Part shown: positions 33,801 to 42,755 of the stretch, in pieces
Layout of the letters: every line of letters starts with the position of its first letter
How positions within the stretch are numbered: position 1 is the stretch's first letter
Virus record (IMG/VR): IMGVR_UViG_3300042934_001067
Location: 92,277-156,276 of that record
Origin: a virus
DNA length: 64,000 nt
Strand: one strand, 5' to 3'
Program-made: the position numbers and the translations under genes
The notes under the pieces: generated by a model
The model's input: the letters and a program-made list of their open reading frames with translations, nothing else
Databases searched by the model: none
What the model was told of the DNA's origin: nothing

Positions 33801-34555
33801 TAGAAGCCGTCACGGAAGGACTCGGTGGAGGCGGCCCAGATGTTGCGCAGGCCGGTCTCGTTCTCAGCGAAGAGACAGACGTGCCAGTAGTCGTTGCGGA
33901 GCTTGTCCTGCAGCTCCTTGTCGCCCTTCTCGGCGCGGACGACGCGGTCGTCACACAGGTACGCCTCAATGCCGAAGATCGGCTTGACCCCGGCCTTGTC
34001 GGCCGCCCGCTGCAGCTCGGGGTGCCCGGCGCAGGTGCCGTGGTCGGTGATGGCGATGGCGGTCTGGCCGTGGCGGGTGACCTCGCGGAGGATCTCGTCC
34101 ATGCGGGACAGGCCGTCGAGCGGGCTGTACTCGCTGTGCGTGTGCAGGTGCACGAAGCCGGACGTCGCCTTGGGTGGGTCCTGGGCGGCTTCGAGTTGGT
34201 CGAGGACCTCGTGGTACGTGGGGATGCCGTCAGCGTCCGAGAAGAGCGCGCTGTGGCGGCAGGAGAGGCGCAGCCATCCGTCACCGAGGTCCTGAGCGCC
34301 TTCCTCTACGAGGTGGACAGGAACAGCGCCCACGCCGTCTTGGAGGGTGTGCATGACCCCGGCCGCGCCGTCGGCGACCGCGCGGGCCCACACGGTCTTG
34401 GAGACGTCGGTGGGGATGTAGCCCGGAACCAGCAGCCAGCGGGTGCCGTCGTCCTCGTGCTCGACGAGGGCGGGAAGGTGGAGGGTCAGGCCGCCGACGC
34501 GGTGTTCGGCTCCCGGGAAACGCTCATGGGCGTAGGAGGTGATGAGGCGCAGCAC
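30848..34555 (-). CDS. dnaE: DNA polymerase III alpha subunit
   Basis: PHP FVHLHTHSEYS, GPGRGSGGGS, PDFDVDF, KFDIL, FSKYGFNKSHA, C-terminal OB fold. GTG at 34555 with AAGGA RBS. Confidence 0.95.
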   Translation of the reverse strand: MLRLITSYAHERFPGAEHRVGGLTLHLPALVEHEDDGTRWLLVPGYIPTDVSKTVWARAVADGAAGVMHTLQDGVGAVPVHLVEEGAQDLGDGWLRLSCRHSALFSDADGIPTYHEVLDQLEAAQDPPKATSGFVHLHTHSEYSPLDGLSRMDEILREVTRHGQTAIAITDHGTCAGHPELQRAADKAGVKPIFGIEAYLCDDRVVRAEKGDKELQDKLRNDYWHVCLFAENETGLRNIWAASTESFRDGFYFRPRMDWDTLGRYSEGVIASTGCLRGPVAVAVKAGDMELARQRLTRLMDLYPGRLYVELQPNDMPDQVNLNQALVSLATEFGLPLLATVDSHFPTADDAHAHDVWIACQTNKDVQDEGDLFSEDLNLYVMGEAEVRAGLAYLGDRVVEEAIANTTALADRCNARIEGDTTTPSFTGDPAEDERRLNALCISNWDRLPASAQVGASGSQRIYRDRYMREMDLLVEKGFCGYYLMVADYVGWAKDNGILVGPGRGSGGGSLVAYLARITSLDPVRHDLLFERFLTRGRAGLPDFDVDFPASRKAEILGYLRERWGEKQVVSIGSELRLKNKAVINELVRALASQLPEGAAADLRQVSTLIDEAEAGTAGLGMSWEDLWAQHADQLQPFADRYPELFAMAERLVGRLKSYGRHAAGVVISTGAPLTDWLPMRTIDGEEQMVTQWAMGDVEAIGLVKFDILTLRTLDTIQQTLDLVRDQRRYEIDLEAFEAEFEDPLVWDELRAAHTLGVFQVETHSGTRLCERMRPGNVAELADMVTIVRPGPANSGLTDLYLRRRAGEQDVSFPDERLRRVLEPTWGAMIYQEQVMAVTRLLAGYDESEADGVRRILGKKKVSAIADAGREFLDRVDMPHEAAERLWNQMAEFSKYGFNKSHAYAYAFLAYWTAFLKVNYPREFLVAAMSTVDKDRVPEFVKEARRLDVDVLPPDINRSGAGFRPDPDTYAVRYGLDSVKGVGSAAVADLQAGQPYTTWDDFTERKGPKANAGVVALLARVGAFDTLVTNRRGLEAKLLAAKTGDDAQCVHKTVETAPGATQIQSVWCTFDWASEPAPINPRTGKLLKRKPLPKRCTKACRQYTAPPPMEIHTIEPYTPVDVRTIEHEMLGTYLSSTPFDDLGEQDRATLRAQAERLATGPNGTYYVAAIVAGARPHKNGEMGFLSLETEISTLRVAVFRDAWAVEQRRFTKGALCLAELRKNDRGLSLVTYQPL

Positions 34556-34695
34556 GGTGGTGGTCCTTGCGCGTGAAGGGTGGCGAAAGGTGGTCCGGGC
34601 CGCCCCGGGCGAACAATCCAGCCCGTTCCGGGCGAAGGAGGGGCTGGGGCCGTATCTGACGGCGCCCGGGGCGGACCGGCGTGTGTGCGCCTGGA

Positions 34696-35673
34696 TCAGG
34701 CGGTGGGTGCGCCGAGGTTGGCGATCTTCGCACGCAGGTCGTCGGAGATGTCGGCCGGGCCGTCGGTGCTCTGGACGTTGATCATGCCCACGGCGCCACC
34801 GGCGACGGCGACGACGTTGCCTTCCTTGTCGACCGTCTTGGACGGGTCGAAGAAGCGGGCGTAGTACTCGTCGCTGGCCTTGTCGGCGACGACGGCGTCC
34901 AGACTGATCTCGCGCTCGCTGATGGCCTGGAGGTACTTGTCCCAGGCGGGGGTGCCGGGGGCGATGAGGTTCTGCTGGGTGGACGGGTCGCGGATCGGGT
35001 CGATCGCGGCGAACTTGTACTCGGTGTCGGTGCCCTTGCCGTCGCGGGTGATCTGGAAGTCCCGGTCGACGACGGTGCCGTTGAGGCCGTGGATGGCCTT
35101 GAGGTGGCTGAAGAAGCCCTTCATCGGCTGGTTGATGACCAGGATGCGGGGGTAGTTCAGCTTGACGCCGGTGGGCTTGCCGTCGGCGTCCAGTTCGTCG
35201 ACCTCGTCGATCTTGTCGCGGACACCGATGACGACGCCCTGCTTGGCGGGGCCGCCGAGGGCCTCGGTGCCGTCGCCGCGCACCAGCTCGCGCTCGATGG
35301 CCAGGGCCCAGACGCGGACGCGAGCGGAGGCGAGCTTGCCGAAGGAGTTCTTGATCTTGGCGTCGTCGATGTAGCAGTCCTTGTAGTGACCGCCGAACGC
35401 CTCGTCGTAGCGGCAGACGCTGGTCATGGCCTTGGGCCACTTCTCGGCGTCCTTGGGGCCGGGCTTGGTCGGCACGAAGGAGTGCTGCTTGACCCAGATC
35501 CAGTCGTCGTGGTCGGTGACCAGGCGGACGACGAGCGACTCGCCGTCCTCCTTGATGCCGAAGTAGTCCGGGCCACGGCGGCCAGAGGAGGAGACGTTGT
35601 CTTCCTTCTCGGCCTGGGCTGCGGCGGATCCGCCTCGGCGGAAGTTGATGGCGGGGCTCGTGTTGGCGGTCAC
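34696..35673 (-). CDS. Single-stranded DNA-binding protein (gp32-like)
   Basis: Position next to the polymerase; VVRLV, QH, C..C, DRDFQITRDGKGTDTEY, acidic tail. Confidence 0.65.
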   Translation of the reverse strand: MTANTSPAINFRRGGSAAAQAEKEDNVSSSGRRGPDYFGIKEDGESLVVRLVTDHDDWIWVKQHSFVPTKPGPKDAEKWPKAMTSVCRYDEAFGGHYKDCYIDDAKIKNSFGKLASARVRVWALAIERELVRGDGTEALGGPAKQGVVIGVRDKIDEVDELDADGKPTGVKLNYPRILVINQPMKGFFSHLKAIHGLNGTVVDRDFQITRDGKGTDTEYKFAAIDPIRDPSTQQNLIAPGTPAWDKYLQAISEREISLDAVVADKASDEYYARFFDPSKTVDKEGNVVAVAGGAVGMINVQSTDGPADISDDLRAKIANLGAPTA

Positions 35674-35709
35674 GATGGCTCCTGATGATCTTGACGATGC
35701 TGATGGGTG

Positions 35710-36456
35710 TCAGCCAGCGGCAGTGGCGGCTGCCGCGATCAGCTCCTCGGTCACCGGCTGGTCTTCGTGTAGAAAGAAAACGGGGGTTCCGAGGTCTTTC
35801 GCCACGAGGAACGGCACGTCCCCGGCGGCGTGGAATCCAACGGTGAATCCGGTGAGTTCCCGTCCGCGCAGGGCCTGGGCGAGTCCTTCCTGCCACTGGG
35901 CGAGCCTGGCGACGTCGTCGCAGGTGGAGCCCAGGAGAAGGTAGGAGTACCCCCAGGTGTTCGAGGGGCTGGATGAGGGTTGGCGGTCCCTCGTCTCGTC
36001 ATCATGAAAGCCGTCCGCCGGGTCGGAGGCAAGAAATTCGAGGAGCGGTTTTCCGGAGGCGTCCGTGAGAGTTGAAAGAATGTCTCTGGCCGTGATCTCG
36101 GTGCCGTATTCAGCGTTCTGACGGGCGGCCTGCAGCGCGGCGGAGCGCATGATCGTCTCGACGGCGGAGGCGTCGAAGTGCGTCGTGCCGGGCTGCTTAG
36201 CGTCGTACGCGGCCCGCCGATCGGCGTTGATGAGCGTCTTGAAGATCTGGGTCAGCTCGGCGCTGCTTTGGCCGCCCAGGGCCTGGTACGCCTCGCGGAT
36301 CTCCCGCTTGGTCGCGGTCGGCGGTACGCCAAGCCGGGCGTAGTAGCCGTTGACGTCATGGACGACGGGCGCCGGGCGGGGCGGGGCCGGAACGAGGGCG
36401 GTGCTGGTGGAGAGGATCGCGTGATCGGGACGGCCGACGAGCTGCAGTCCCGGCAT
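35710..36456 (-). CDS. J-domain-like protein lacking HPD
   Basis: YYARLGVPPTATKREIREAY...IFKTLINADRRAAYD. Confidence 0.65.
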   Translation of the reverse strand: MPGLQLVGRPDHAILSTSTALVPAPPRPAPVVHDVNGYYARLGVPPTATKREIREAYQALGGQSSAELTQIFKTLINADRRAAYDAKQPGTTHFDASAVETIMRSAALQAARQNAEYGTEITARDILSTLTDASGKPLLEFLASDPADGFHDDETRDRQPSSSPSNTWGYSYLLLGSTCDDVARLAQWQEGLAQALRGRELTGFTVGFHAAGDVPFLVAKDLGTPVFFLHEDQPVTEELIAAAATAAG

Positions 36457-36459
36457 CCT

Positions 36460-36609
36460 CTACTCCCCCTCGCTCTCCTGCTCCTCGCCCTCGGTGACGA
36501 CCGATGCCCACTCCTCTGGGGTGAGCGCGCTCCCGATGCGATGGGACAGTCCCTCTCCGGCGTTGTTCGTGGCTTCGGTGATCGTCCCGGTGCCGAACTT
36601 CTTGAGCAT
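36460..36609 (-). CDS. 49-aa acidic peptide
   Basis: AGGAGG RBS; MLKKFGTGTITE...EEQESEGE. Not in the ORF track. Confidence 0.6.
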   Translation of the reverse strand: MLKKFGTGTITEATNNAGEGLSHRIGSALTPEEWASVVTEGEEQESEGE

Positions 36610-36682
36610 ACGTGCCTCCTGGAGTCACGCCTTAGCGGCCGGAACCGCCTCCTCGACAGGGTTGGAGCCCTAGGCTCTGACC

Positions 36683-36937
36683 ATGGAATCTGTCGAGGTG
36701 GTGTACACGGAGGGTGCGGCCCGGGTGCTGCGCGAGATGGGATCTGAGATGGAGAAGGGATTCCAGGAGCACGTAGAGAAGTTCGCCACCGCCACCGTCT
36801 GGCGTCAGGAAGACATAGCGCAGCACCTCGGCAAGACCCTCCGGGGGCAGTGGGGCGGAGGGTGCTCGTTCAGTGCCATCGCCGCGCTTGACCGAGAAGT
36901 GAAGTTGCTGATCATCACCGCCCTTCAGAGGCGCTGA
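36683..36937 (+). CDS. Small hypothetical protein
   Basis: Fills the gap between minus-strand genes; weak RBS. Confidence 0.4.
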   Translation: MESVEVVYTEGAARVLREMGSEMEKGFQEHVEKFATATVWRQEDIAQHLGKTLRGQWGGGCSFSAIAALDREVKLLIITALQRR

Positions 36938-36938
36938 C

Positions 36939-38033
36939 TCAGACAGGGCACCGGCCCTTGTGGGCGGGGGTGAGGCAGCGGTGGCACCAGAGCGTCTTGG
37001 GACGTTGCCAGACCTGCCAGGGCACCGCGCGGTCCTGGACAAGGATGTCGACCATCTCGTCCGGCATGTCGGCGGGGTCGGCGTCGAAGGGGTTCTCGAC
37101 GACCCAGTTGTCGCAGTAGGCCGAGGCGCGCTGCGGGGCGCCGGGGAAGAACCGGCCGTTGTGGGTGCGGCCCTCGACGGCCTGCCATCCGGCTTTGTCG
37201 TTGTCCATGAACCAGATGAGCTTGCGGCGGCCCTTGACGAGGTGCTGGATCTGCAGGTCGGTGACGACGAAGCCGAAGGTGCCCGCCATGGGCTGGTGGT
37301 GGAGGTGGCGCAGGACGCTCATCGGCGACTCGACGACGACGAGGGTGTCGCCGGAGGGGTCGTCCGTGTAGATGGTCTCGTCGCGGGGGAACGCGGGCGT
37401 CGAGAGGTACTTCGGGGCGCTGGGGTCGGCGCAGGGCAGGCGGCGGGACTGCCAGCCGACGAGCTTGCCGTCCCACCAGTGCGGGATGACGGCGCGGGGG
37501 CCGGTGCGCAGCCGGTCGACGTACCCGTCGGGGTCGGTGCACAGGCGCATGCGGACGGCCGTGGTGATGGGGATCTGACGGTCGTCGAGGATGTAGTTGT
37601 CGATGCCTTCCCAGCGCTCCAGCATGCGGTCGCTGTAGACCGGCATGGGCGGGCGGGCGTCCGTCTTCGCGTACAGGCTGTCGAAGAGCTGGAGGAGGGC
37701 CGGGAGTTCCATGGCCCGGGTAAGTCCGGCTTCGCCGTGGAGCCAGTCTCGGGCCTGTTCGACGGTGGTGTCGCCGCGCACCGTGGCGATGAGCCAGAGG
37801 ATGGTGCCGGAGGCGTCGCAGCCCAGGCAGTGGAAGAGGAGCTTGCTGCAGTTCAGGGCGGCGGTGGGGTTGCGATCCTGGTCGTTGTGGTAGGCGCTGA
37901 CCGGGCAGGGGATGATCAGCTCGTCGCGGATCTGGCGCTTGACGGTGATGCCCAGCTCGTCGAGGACGTCCTTGGCGAGCTGGGTCTTGTGGTCGTCGGG
38001 CAGCGCGGTCAGTTCGTCGAGGTCAGTCGTCAT
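36939..38033 (-). CDS. DNA primase (Zn finger + TOPRIM)
   Basis: CP...H.DQDRNPT...FHCLGC, PKYL, VVVES, MDNDKAG, DPAD. Confidence 0.88.
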   Translation of the reverse strand: MTTDLDELTALPDDHKTQLAKDVLDELGITVKRQIRDELIIPCPVSAYHNDQDRNPTAALNCSKLLFHCLGCDASGTILWLIATVRGDTTVEQARDWLHGEAGLTRAMELPALLQLFDSLYAKTDARPPMPVYSDRMLERWEGIDNYILDDRQIPITTAVRMRLCTDPDGYVDRLRTGPRAVIPHWWDGKLVGWQSRRLPCADPSAPKYLSTPAFPRDETIYTDDPSGDTLVVVESPMSVLRHLHHQPMAGTFGFVVTDLQIQHLVKGRRKLIWFMDNDKAGWQAVEGRTHNGRFFPGAPQRASAYCDNWVVENPFDADPADMPDEMVDILVQDRAVPWQVWQRPKTLWCHRCLTPAHKGRCPV

Positions 38034-38322
38034 CGTCGCCGGACTCCATCACGCGGGCCATGTCCGCCGGGCCCGCCACCCGCTCGCTCCAGGTGTATCC
38101 GCAGACGAAACAGCCTCGGCACAGGTGCTCGGTCGTCTCGTCGGGGACGTCCCACGGCGTCTCGGTCATGGCAACAATCGCGTCCCGACGCTCCTTGCAC
38201 ATGCCGACGACGGCGGTGTCGTGGTGCTCGGTCTGGACCGTCTTGGCCAGGCACTTCGGGCAGCGGGGCTTGGGCCTGCCGTTGAAGGCGATCAGCCAGG
38301 GGCCGCGCGCGGTCTCGGTCAT
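38023..38322 (-). CDS. Small Zn-ribbon protein
   Basis: CPKC...EHLCRGCFVCGYTW; ATGA coupling. Confidence 0.65.
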   Translation of the reverse strand: MTETARGPWLIAFNGRPKPRCPKCLAKTVQTEHHDTAVVGMCKERRDAIVAMTETPWDVPDETTEHLCRGCFVCGYTWSERVAGPADMARVMESGDDDD

Positions 38323-38879
38323 GCGGCGACCTTCGCTTCCTGGCGCTGTGCTGCGCGGAGGGCCTTGCGAGCGTCTCGGCAGGTGCAGTCGGGGTGGGGC
38401 TGGAGCTGGAGTTCTGCTCGCTTCAGGTGGGCGCGGTAGCCGCTCTCGGTGCCGCAGATCGGCCGGAGAGGCGCGTGGAAGGCGTTGACGCGGCTGCCGG
38501 GGATCTCCTCGAACTTGGTCCGGTCCTGCCGGTTCGCCTCCTTCTTGGCCTTCTCCGCTTCGTCCCGCTCCTGCTGCGCTTCGTTGCACTGCTCGCAGGT
38601 CTCGCCGAGTGACTTGTGTCGGCTGAGGGCGGCTTCGGTGCCGCAGGTCTGCGGGAGGGCGTCGTCCTCGGTGATGTCGAGGGCCGCCCAGCGCTCGGGC
38701 TCAGTCTCTCCGCCCCAGATGCCGAACTCGCGGCCGTCGCGGCCTGCGCGGCGGCAGGCGGGCTGGACGGGGCAGGTGGCGCAGATCCGCAGGGCTTCGC
38801 GGACGGCCTTGACGCTGCGCCCCTTGCCGGAGCCGAACAGCTGGGGCTTGGCTGCGCAGGGGAAGGCGTAGGCGGTCAT
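38319..38879 (-). CDS. WhiB-family transcription factor with C-terminal Zn-binding repeats
   Basis: C...ICATCPVQPAC...GIWGGETEPER, followed by two CGT..H..C..C units. Confidence 0.85.
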   Translation of the reverse strand: MTAYAFPCAAKPQLFGSGKGRSVKAVREALRICATCPVQPACRRAGRDGREFGIWGGETEPERWAALDITEDDALPQTCGTEAALSRHKSLGETCEQCNEAQQERDEAEKAKKEANRQDRTKFEEIPGSRVNAFHAPLRPICGTESGYRAHLKRAELQLQPHPDCTCRDARKALRAAQRQEAKVAA

Positions 38880-39166
38880 GGGCGGGCCTTCGGTGTAGCG
38901 GGGCAGGTTCCGGGGGTGCCGCAGGGGGACGTCGCAGTGCCGATGACGCTGAGGCGGCTGAAGACGTCCTTCTCCTGCCGCATGGTGACGGTGGCTTCCA
39001 GGCCGTCGGTCTGGGTGATGCAGGGGTACATCCGGGCGAGGGCCTGCAAGGCCTGCAGTTGCACTGCGGTCCGGGAGAAGGTCATGACGAAGTCGTTGTC
39101 CTCGTCCCCCTCGATGAGGCGCTGCGGCAGCTCGACCGTGTGGGTGTAGGTGACGTGGGTGGTCAC
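38876..39166 (-). CDS. Hypothetical protein
   Basis: GTG overlaps the helicase stop; its stop overlaps the whiB-like start. Confidence 0.55.
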   Translation of the reverse strand: MTTHVTYTHTVELPQRLIEGDEDNDFVMTFSRTAVQLQALQALARMYPCITQTDGLEATVTMRQEKDVFSRLSVIGTATSPCGTPGTCPATPKARP

Positions 39167-40455
39167 AGGGTCACCTCGCTGAGGACCTGCTGGGTGCCGT
39201 ACCAGGGCTCCCAGGCCGCGCGCCAGTTCTTGAGGTCCATGCGGCGGCTGGCGAGCATCTGGAGGGTGGCCATTCCGGCGGCGATCTCGGTCTCGGAGCG
39301 GATCAGGCCGAAGACCCAGCTCGACCAGCGTTCGATCGCCGAGGAGTCGGCGAGGTGCTGGAGTTCGAGCTTCCCGGCCTTCTGCGCGGCCGCCACGCCC
39401 TCGCGGTTGATCTGAACGTTCAGGAAGAGCGGCGGGTTGCGGCGGCCGGTGGTGATCAGTTCGGACAGTTCGGTCATGATCTCGGCGATCGTCTCGTGCT
39501 TGGGCCTGCGGCCGTTGGGGGCCGGGTGGTGGATGTGGGAGAGCTGGTCGATGATCACGCTGTCGGCGCCGTAGGACTGGGCCTGGCGGATCAGGGCGGC
39601 CGGGGTGCGCACCTCCGGGGAGAGGATGTGCAGGCCGTCCTTCAGCTCGGTCTCGTTCTGGGCGAGCCAGGTGCGGACGCGCTCGATCTCCTCGGGGCTG
39701 CAGGTGCCCTTCTGGTACTCGCGGTAGTCGACGCAGCAGATCTGGCAGGCGAGCCGGTCGTAGGACATCTTCACGCTGTTCTCCAGCGTGTAGAGGACGG
39801 TGACCCGACCGCGCTTCCACTCGGTGTGGCCGACGTGGGTGGCCGACCAAGACTTGGCGCCCTTGGGCGGGGCGGCCCAGACGGCGATCTCGCCGTCGTG
39901 AATGCCTTGGGTGTGCTCGTCGACCTCCTTCATGCCCACCGACATGCCCCGGACGGTCTGCGGCGCGGCGGCGCGCTGCTCGTAGCGGGCCAGAGAGTCC
40001 TTGAGGCCCTGGATGCCCTCGACTTCCTGGGAGCGGTCGCGGACCGTCATGGACAGCTGGTGGAAGGCGGCGGCGGCCTCGTGGACGGCCTCGACGCGCT
40101 CGCCGGGCTCGGCCTGGGCCATGGCGACGGCGATCTCGCGCTGGAGGCGCTGGGACTCGGCGAGGACGTACTGGGAGCGGAGGTAGGCGATCGACGCCCA
40201 GACGTCGTCGATCTCCAGGTCCTCGTCGGGCAGCTCGATGTTGCACTGCTCCAGCCGGTGGCCCCACTGCTCCTGGAGCAGCTCGCGCGAGGGCGCCTTG
40301 GTCCGGCCGGAGCGGTAGAAGTAGTCGACGGCCCAGGTGACGACGTCGCGCATGCCGGTGGTGGGTATGCACGCCGGGTCGAGGCCGGTGTCGGCCAGCT
40401 CCTCCAGCGCATCGACCTCGGTGAGGGAGGCGTAGAGGACGGTCTCAGCGTGCAT
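39163..40455 (-). CDS. DnaB-like replicative helicase
   Basis: GIHDGEI, Walker A variant APPKGAKS, TLEN, VIIDQL, QINR, LADSSAIER. Confidence 0.88.
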   Translation of the reverse strand: MHAETVLYASLTEVDALEELADTGLDPACIPTTGMRDVVTWAVDYFYRSGRTKAPSRELLQEQWGHRLEQCNIELPDEDLEIDDVWASIAYLRSQYVLAESQRLQREIAVAMAQAEPGERVEAVHEAAAAFHQLSMTVRDRSQEVEGIQGLKDSLARYEQRAAAPQTVRGMSVGMKEVDEHTQGIHDGEIAVWAAPPKGAKSWSATHVGHTEWKRGRVTVLYTLENSVKMSYDRLACQICCVDYREYQKGTCSPEEIERVRTWLAQNETELKDGLHILSPEVRTPAALIRQAQSYGADSVIIDQLSHIHHPAPNGRRPKHETIAEIMTELSELITTGRRNPPLFLNVQINREGVAAAQKAGKLELQHLADSSAIERWSSWVFGLIRSETEIAAGMATLQMLASRRMDLKNWRAAWEPWYGTQQVLSEVTL

Positions 40456-41077
40456 CGTCGCTCTGCGAGAGGCTGTCGACGTCGGCGGCGGCTGTGCGCA
40501 GGGCGGCGACGATTCCAACGAGGTCATGGTTGTCGCCTGCGTACTTCATGACCTCGCCCGCCAGGTGACGGATCGTGTCGCCGGGGGTGCCCTTGCGGGG
40601 GTAGAGAGGCACGTCGCGCATGGTGTCGGCCCGCAGGTCGTCCAGGGCCTGCTCGGCTTCCTTGGCACGGGCAGCCTGCCGTTGAGCTTCCTTGACGGTG
40701 GCCTCGTAGCGGGCGCGCTCCCTGGTCGTGGCGCGCTGAGCAACACCGAACTGGCGGCGGAGGGTCTTGTACTCGCTGGACTGCTTGATGGTGCGGTTGA
40801 TGTCGAGGGTGACCTGCATGACGTCGAGGCGAAGCTGGTTGAGGCTCTTGCGGGCAGCCGCCACGCTGGAAAATTCGCCTGCGTTGTTCTTCGAGGCCGT
40901 TTCGAGGTCACCAGCGACCTCATGAACCATTCTGACGAGGGACTTCCCGAGGGGGTAGTCGGTGTACACGGACGGGAGCCTGGCGGCGATGTAGCGCAAC
41001 TTGTTGGCGTTGCTGGCGTTGTCTCGCTTCGCGGGAGGCAGGTCGATGTCGAAGCCGTCCCAGTAGGTGTCGTTCAT
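40445..41077 (-). CDS. Coiled-coil hypothetical protein
   Basis: Coupled within the replication operon. Confidence 0.65.
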   Translation of the reverse strand: MNDTYWDGFDIDLPPAKRDNASNANKLRYIAARLPSVYTDYPLGKSLVRMVHEVAGDLETASKNNAGEFSSVAAARKSLNQLRLDVMQVTLDINRTIKQSSEYKTLRRQFGVAQRATTRERARYEATVKEAQRQAARAKEAEQALDDLRADTMRDVPLYPRKGTPGDTIRHLAGEVMKYAGDNHDLVGIVAALRTAAADVDSLSQSDDAR

Positions 41078-41078
41078 G

Positions 41079-41942
41079 TCATACCGCCGTGATGGGTCGG
41101 GCCAGGCCGAGGTCGGCTTCCTGGCGTGAGAGTTCGCGTCGTGCGGGCCGGAAGTCGGCGCCGGTCACCTCGATGAAGTCGGCAGCCTCGGTGAGCAGGC
41201 TCATCGCGTAGACGCCGTACCCCTGCTGGATCTCGTCGGGGGTGAGGTTGGTGGTGAAGATGGTGGGGGCAGCGTCGGCAACGCGGGAGCGGACGATCTG
41301 GTCGACCATGGACTCGACCATCTCGATGCGGCCCTTGTTCTCCTTGCCCCAGTCGTCGATGGCGAGGACGTCCACGTTGCGCACCCGGCGGGTCCACTGC
41401 TCGCGCTCGTCCTTGTCGCGCCAGCTGGAGGTGAAGAGGTCGATCACCTCGTTGAACTGGGAGAAGTGGACCTGGAAGCCGTTGAGCATGAGGAACTTCG
41501 ACAGCAGGGCGAGCAGCAGCGTCTTGCCAGTGCCGGGACTCCTGGACCACAGGACGAGGTTGCGTCCGGCCGCGATGTTGCGGGCGGCCTGGAGGGCGTA
41601 GCCCATGACCTGGTCTGCGACTGCCTTCGGGACGGTGTGGACGTCGTCCCAGCCGAGGCGCTGGTAGTTCAGCGGGATGCCCGCGTTGAGGAACCAGAGG
41701 TGCATGAGCCACTGGTCCCGGCAGTTGCACTCGTAGGTGACGATCTCGTCGGTACGGCGTCCGGTGTCGGGGTGGTCGGCGTACCAGCGGTAGGTCTGGG
41801 AGTCCTGCAGCCCTTCTCGCTTCAGGCAGGTGAGGCAGGACGTCTTGGGGTCGGTCCACAGGCGCGGCCGGGCGGCCTTGAGCCGTCGGAAGTCGGCGTC
41901 GGCCAGCGGCGCGCAGGAGGGGGGCGGGGGTGGTCGCTTCAA
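41079..41942 (-). CDS. DnaC/IstB-like ATPase (helicase loader)
   Basis: CLTC..CNC, PGTGKT, LAIDDWGKE, TIFTTNL, GADFR. Confidence 0.88.
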   Translation of the reverse strand: MKRPPPPPSCAPLADADFRRLKAARPRLWTDPKTSCLTCLKREGLQDSQTYRWYADHPDTGRRTDEIVTYECNCRDQWLMHLWFLNAGIPLNYQRLGWDDVHTVPKAVADQVMGYALQAARNIAAGRNLVLWSRSPGTGKTLLLALLSKFLMLNGFQVHFSQFNEVIDLFTSSWRDKDEREQWTRRVRNVDVLAIDDWGKENKGRIEMVESMVDQIVRSRVADAAPTIFTTNLTPDEIQQGYGVYAMSLLTEAADFIEVTGADFRPARRELSRQEADLGLARPITAV

Positions 41943-41986
41943 GGTGGCGGTCCTTGATGAGGGCCCGGTGGCGGCCGGGCGATGGA

Positions 41987-42241
41987 TCAGGTGGCGGCGA
42001 GGTGCTGACGGATGTGCTGGTCAAGCAGGCCTTGCTCCCAGCGGGCCATCTGCTGGTGCCAGGTGGGCCGTTTCTGGCCCACGTGTTCTCCGGGCCGGTC
42101 GCAGCAGACGGAGAAGCCGCCGTGGCGGGGACACTCCAGTTCCGGCCGGGGGCCGCTGAAGCAGAGGTAGACGTCGGGGCAGCAGGTCGGCTCGCTGCTG
42201 TGGAGCACGATCTGACCGTTCTCGATGGCCACGTCAGCCAT
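41987..42241 (-). CDS. Small Cys-rich protein
   Basis: MADVAIENG...CCP..CPRHGGF.CC; overlaps the upstream stop. Confidence 0.55.
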   Translation of the reverse strand: MADVAIENGQIVLHSSEPTCCPDVYLCFSGPRPELECPRHGGFSVCCDRPGEHVGQKRPTWHQQMARWEQGLLDQHIRQHLAAT

Positions 42242-42644
42242 CGGTGAGCCGCTCCGCGATGGGGCGGGCGAAGTAGTCGTCGTTGCCCTTGGTGAAGCGG
42301 CGGATGTCGACCGGGGCGGAGCGCCAGAAGCCGTCCTGCTGCTCGAAGGCGAAGCGGGCGATGGGCCCGGCCTGGCTCCCCCAGCGGTTGGCGAAGCTCT
42401 TGAAGATCGAGTTGACCTTGGCACTCTCGTGGCGGGGCTGGGGGCCGTGGCGTTCGGCGACGGCGCGCATGACGTAGTCGCGGAGCTGCTCCCAGGACCA
42501 GTCGGCGGGGGCGTCGAGGAGGTCGGTGGCGGCCATGGACACGGGGCCGGGCGCGGCGGCCGGGCGGATGGTGGCCGGGGGCGCCGTGGGGGTGGCTGCC
42601 TTGCCGTAGGCGGCAGCGGAGAAGTCGAGCACAGGGGTCTCCAA
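42234..42644 (-). CDS. Phage replication-associated hypothetical protein
   Basis: WSWEQLRDYV...IFKSFANRWG; lies upstream of the loader. Confidence 0.7.
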   Translation of the reverse strand: METPVLDFSAAAYGKAATPTAPPATIRPAAAPGPVSMAATDLLDAPADWSWEQLRDYVMRAVAERHGPQPRHESAKVNSIFKSFANRWGSQAGPIARFAFEQQDGFWRSAPVDIRRFTKGNDDYFARPIAERLTDG

Positions 42645-42755
42645 CCTGGCGGTGGCTGGGTACGGCGAGATGGCGGTCTGCCGTGGTGAGGGGCCTCTTG
42701 GCGGTGAGGCGCTTTGAAGCTAACCGCCAGTGCCAGGTCAGAGCAAGGAATCGCT

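Noticed and set aside
16626-34555. Inteins or introns in terL, recA or dnaE
   Set aside because: No C...HN splice junctions or LAGLIDADG motifs; sizes are near normal.
14180-34576. Long plus-strand ORFs (e.g. 14180-16699, 16734-18719, 31850-34576)
   Set aside because: Antisense shadows of high-GC3 minus-strand genes; no motifs.
34556-35896. N-terminal 447 aa of the 1682-aa ORF in the track
   Set aside because: Arg/Pro-rich off-frame read-through overlapping the SSB gene; dnaE starts at about 34555 with its own RBS.
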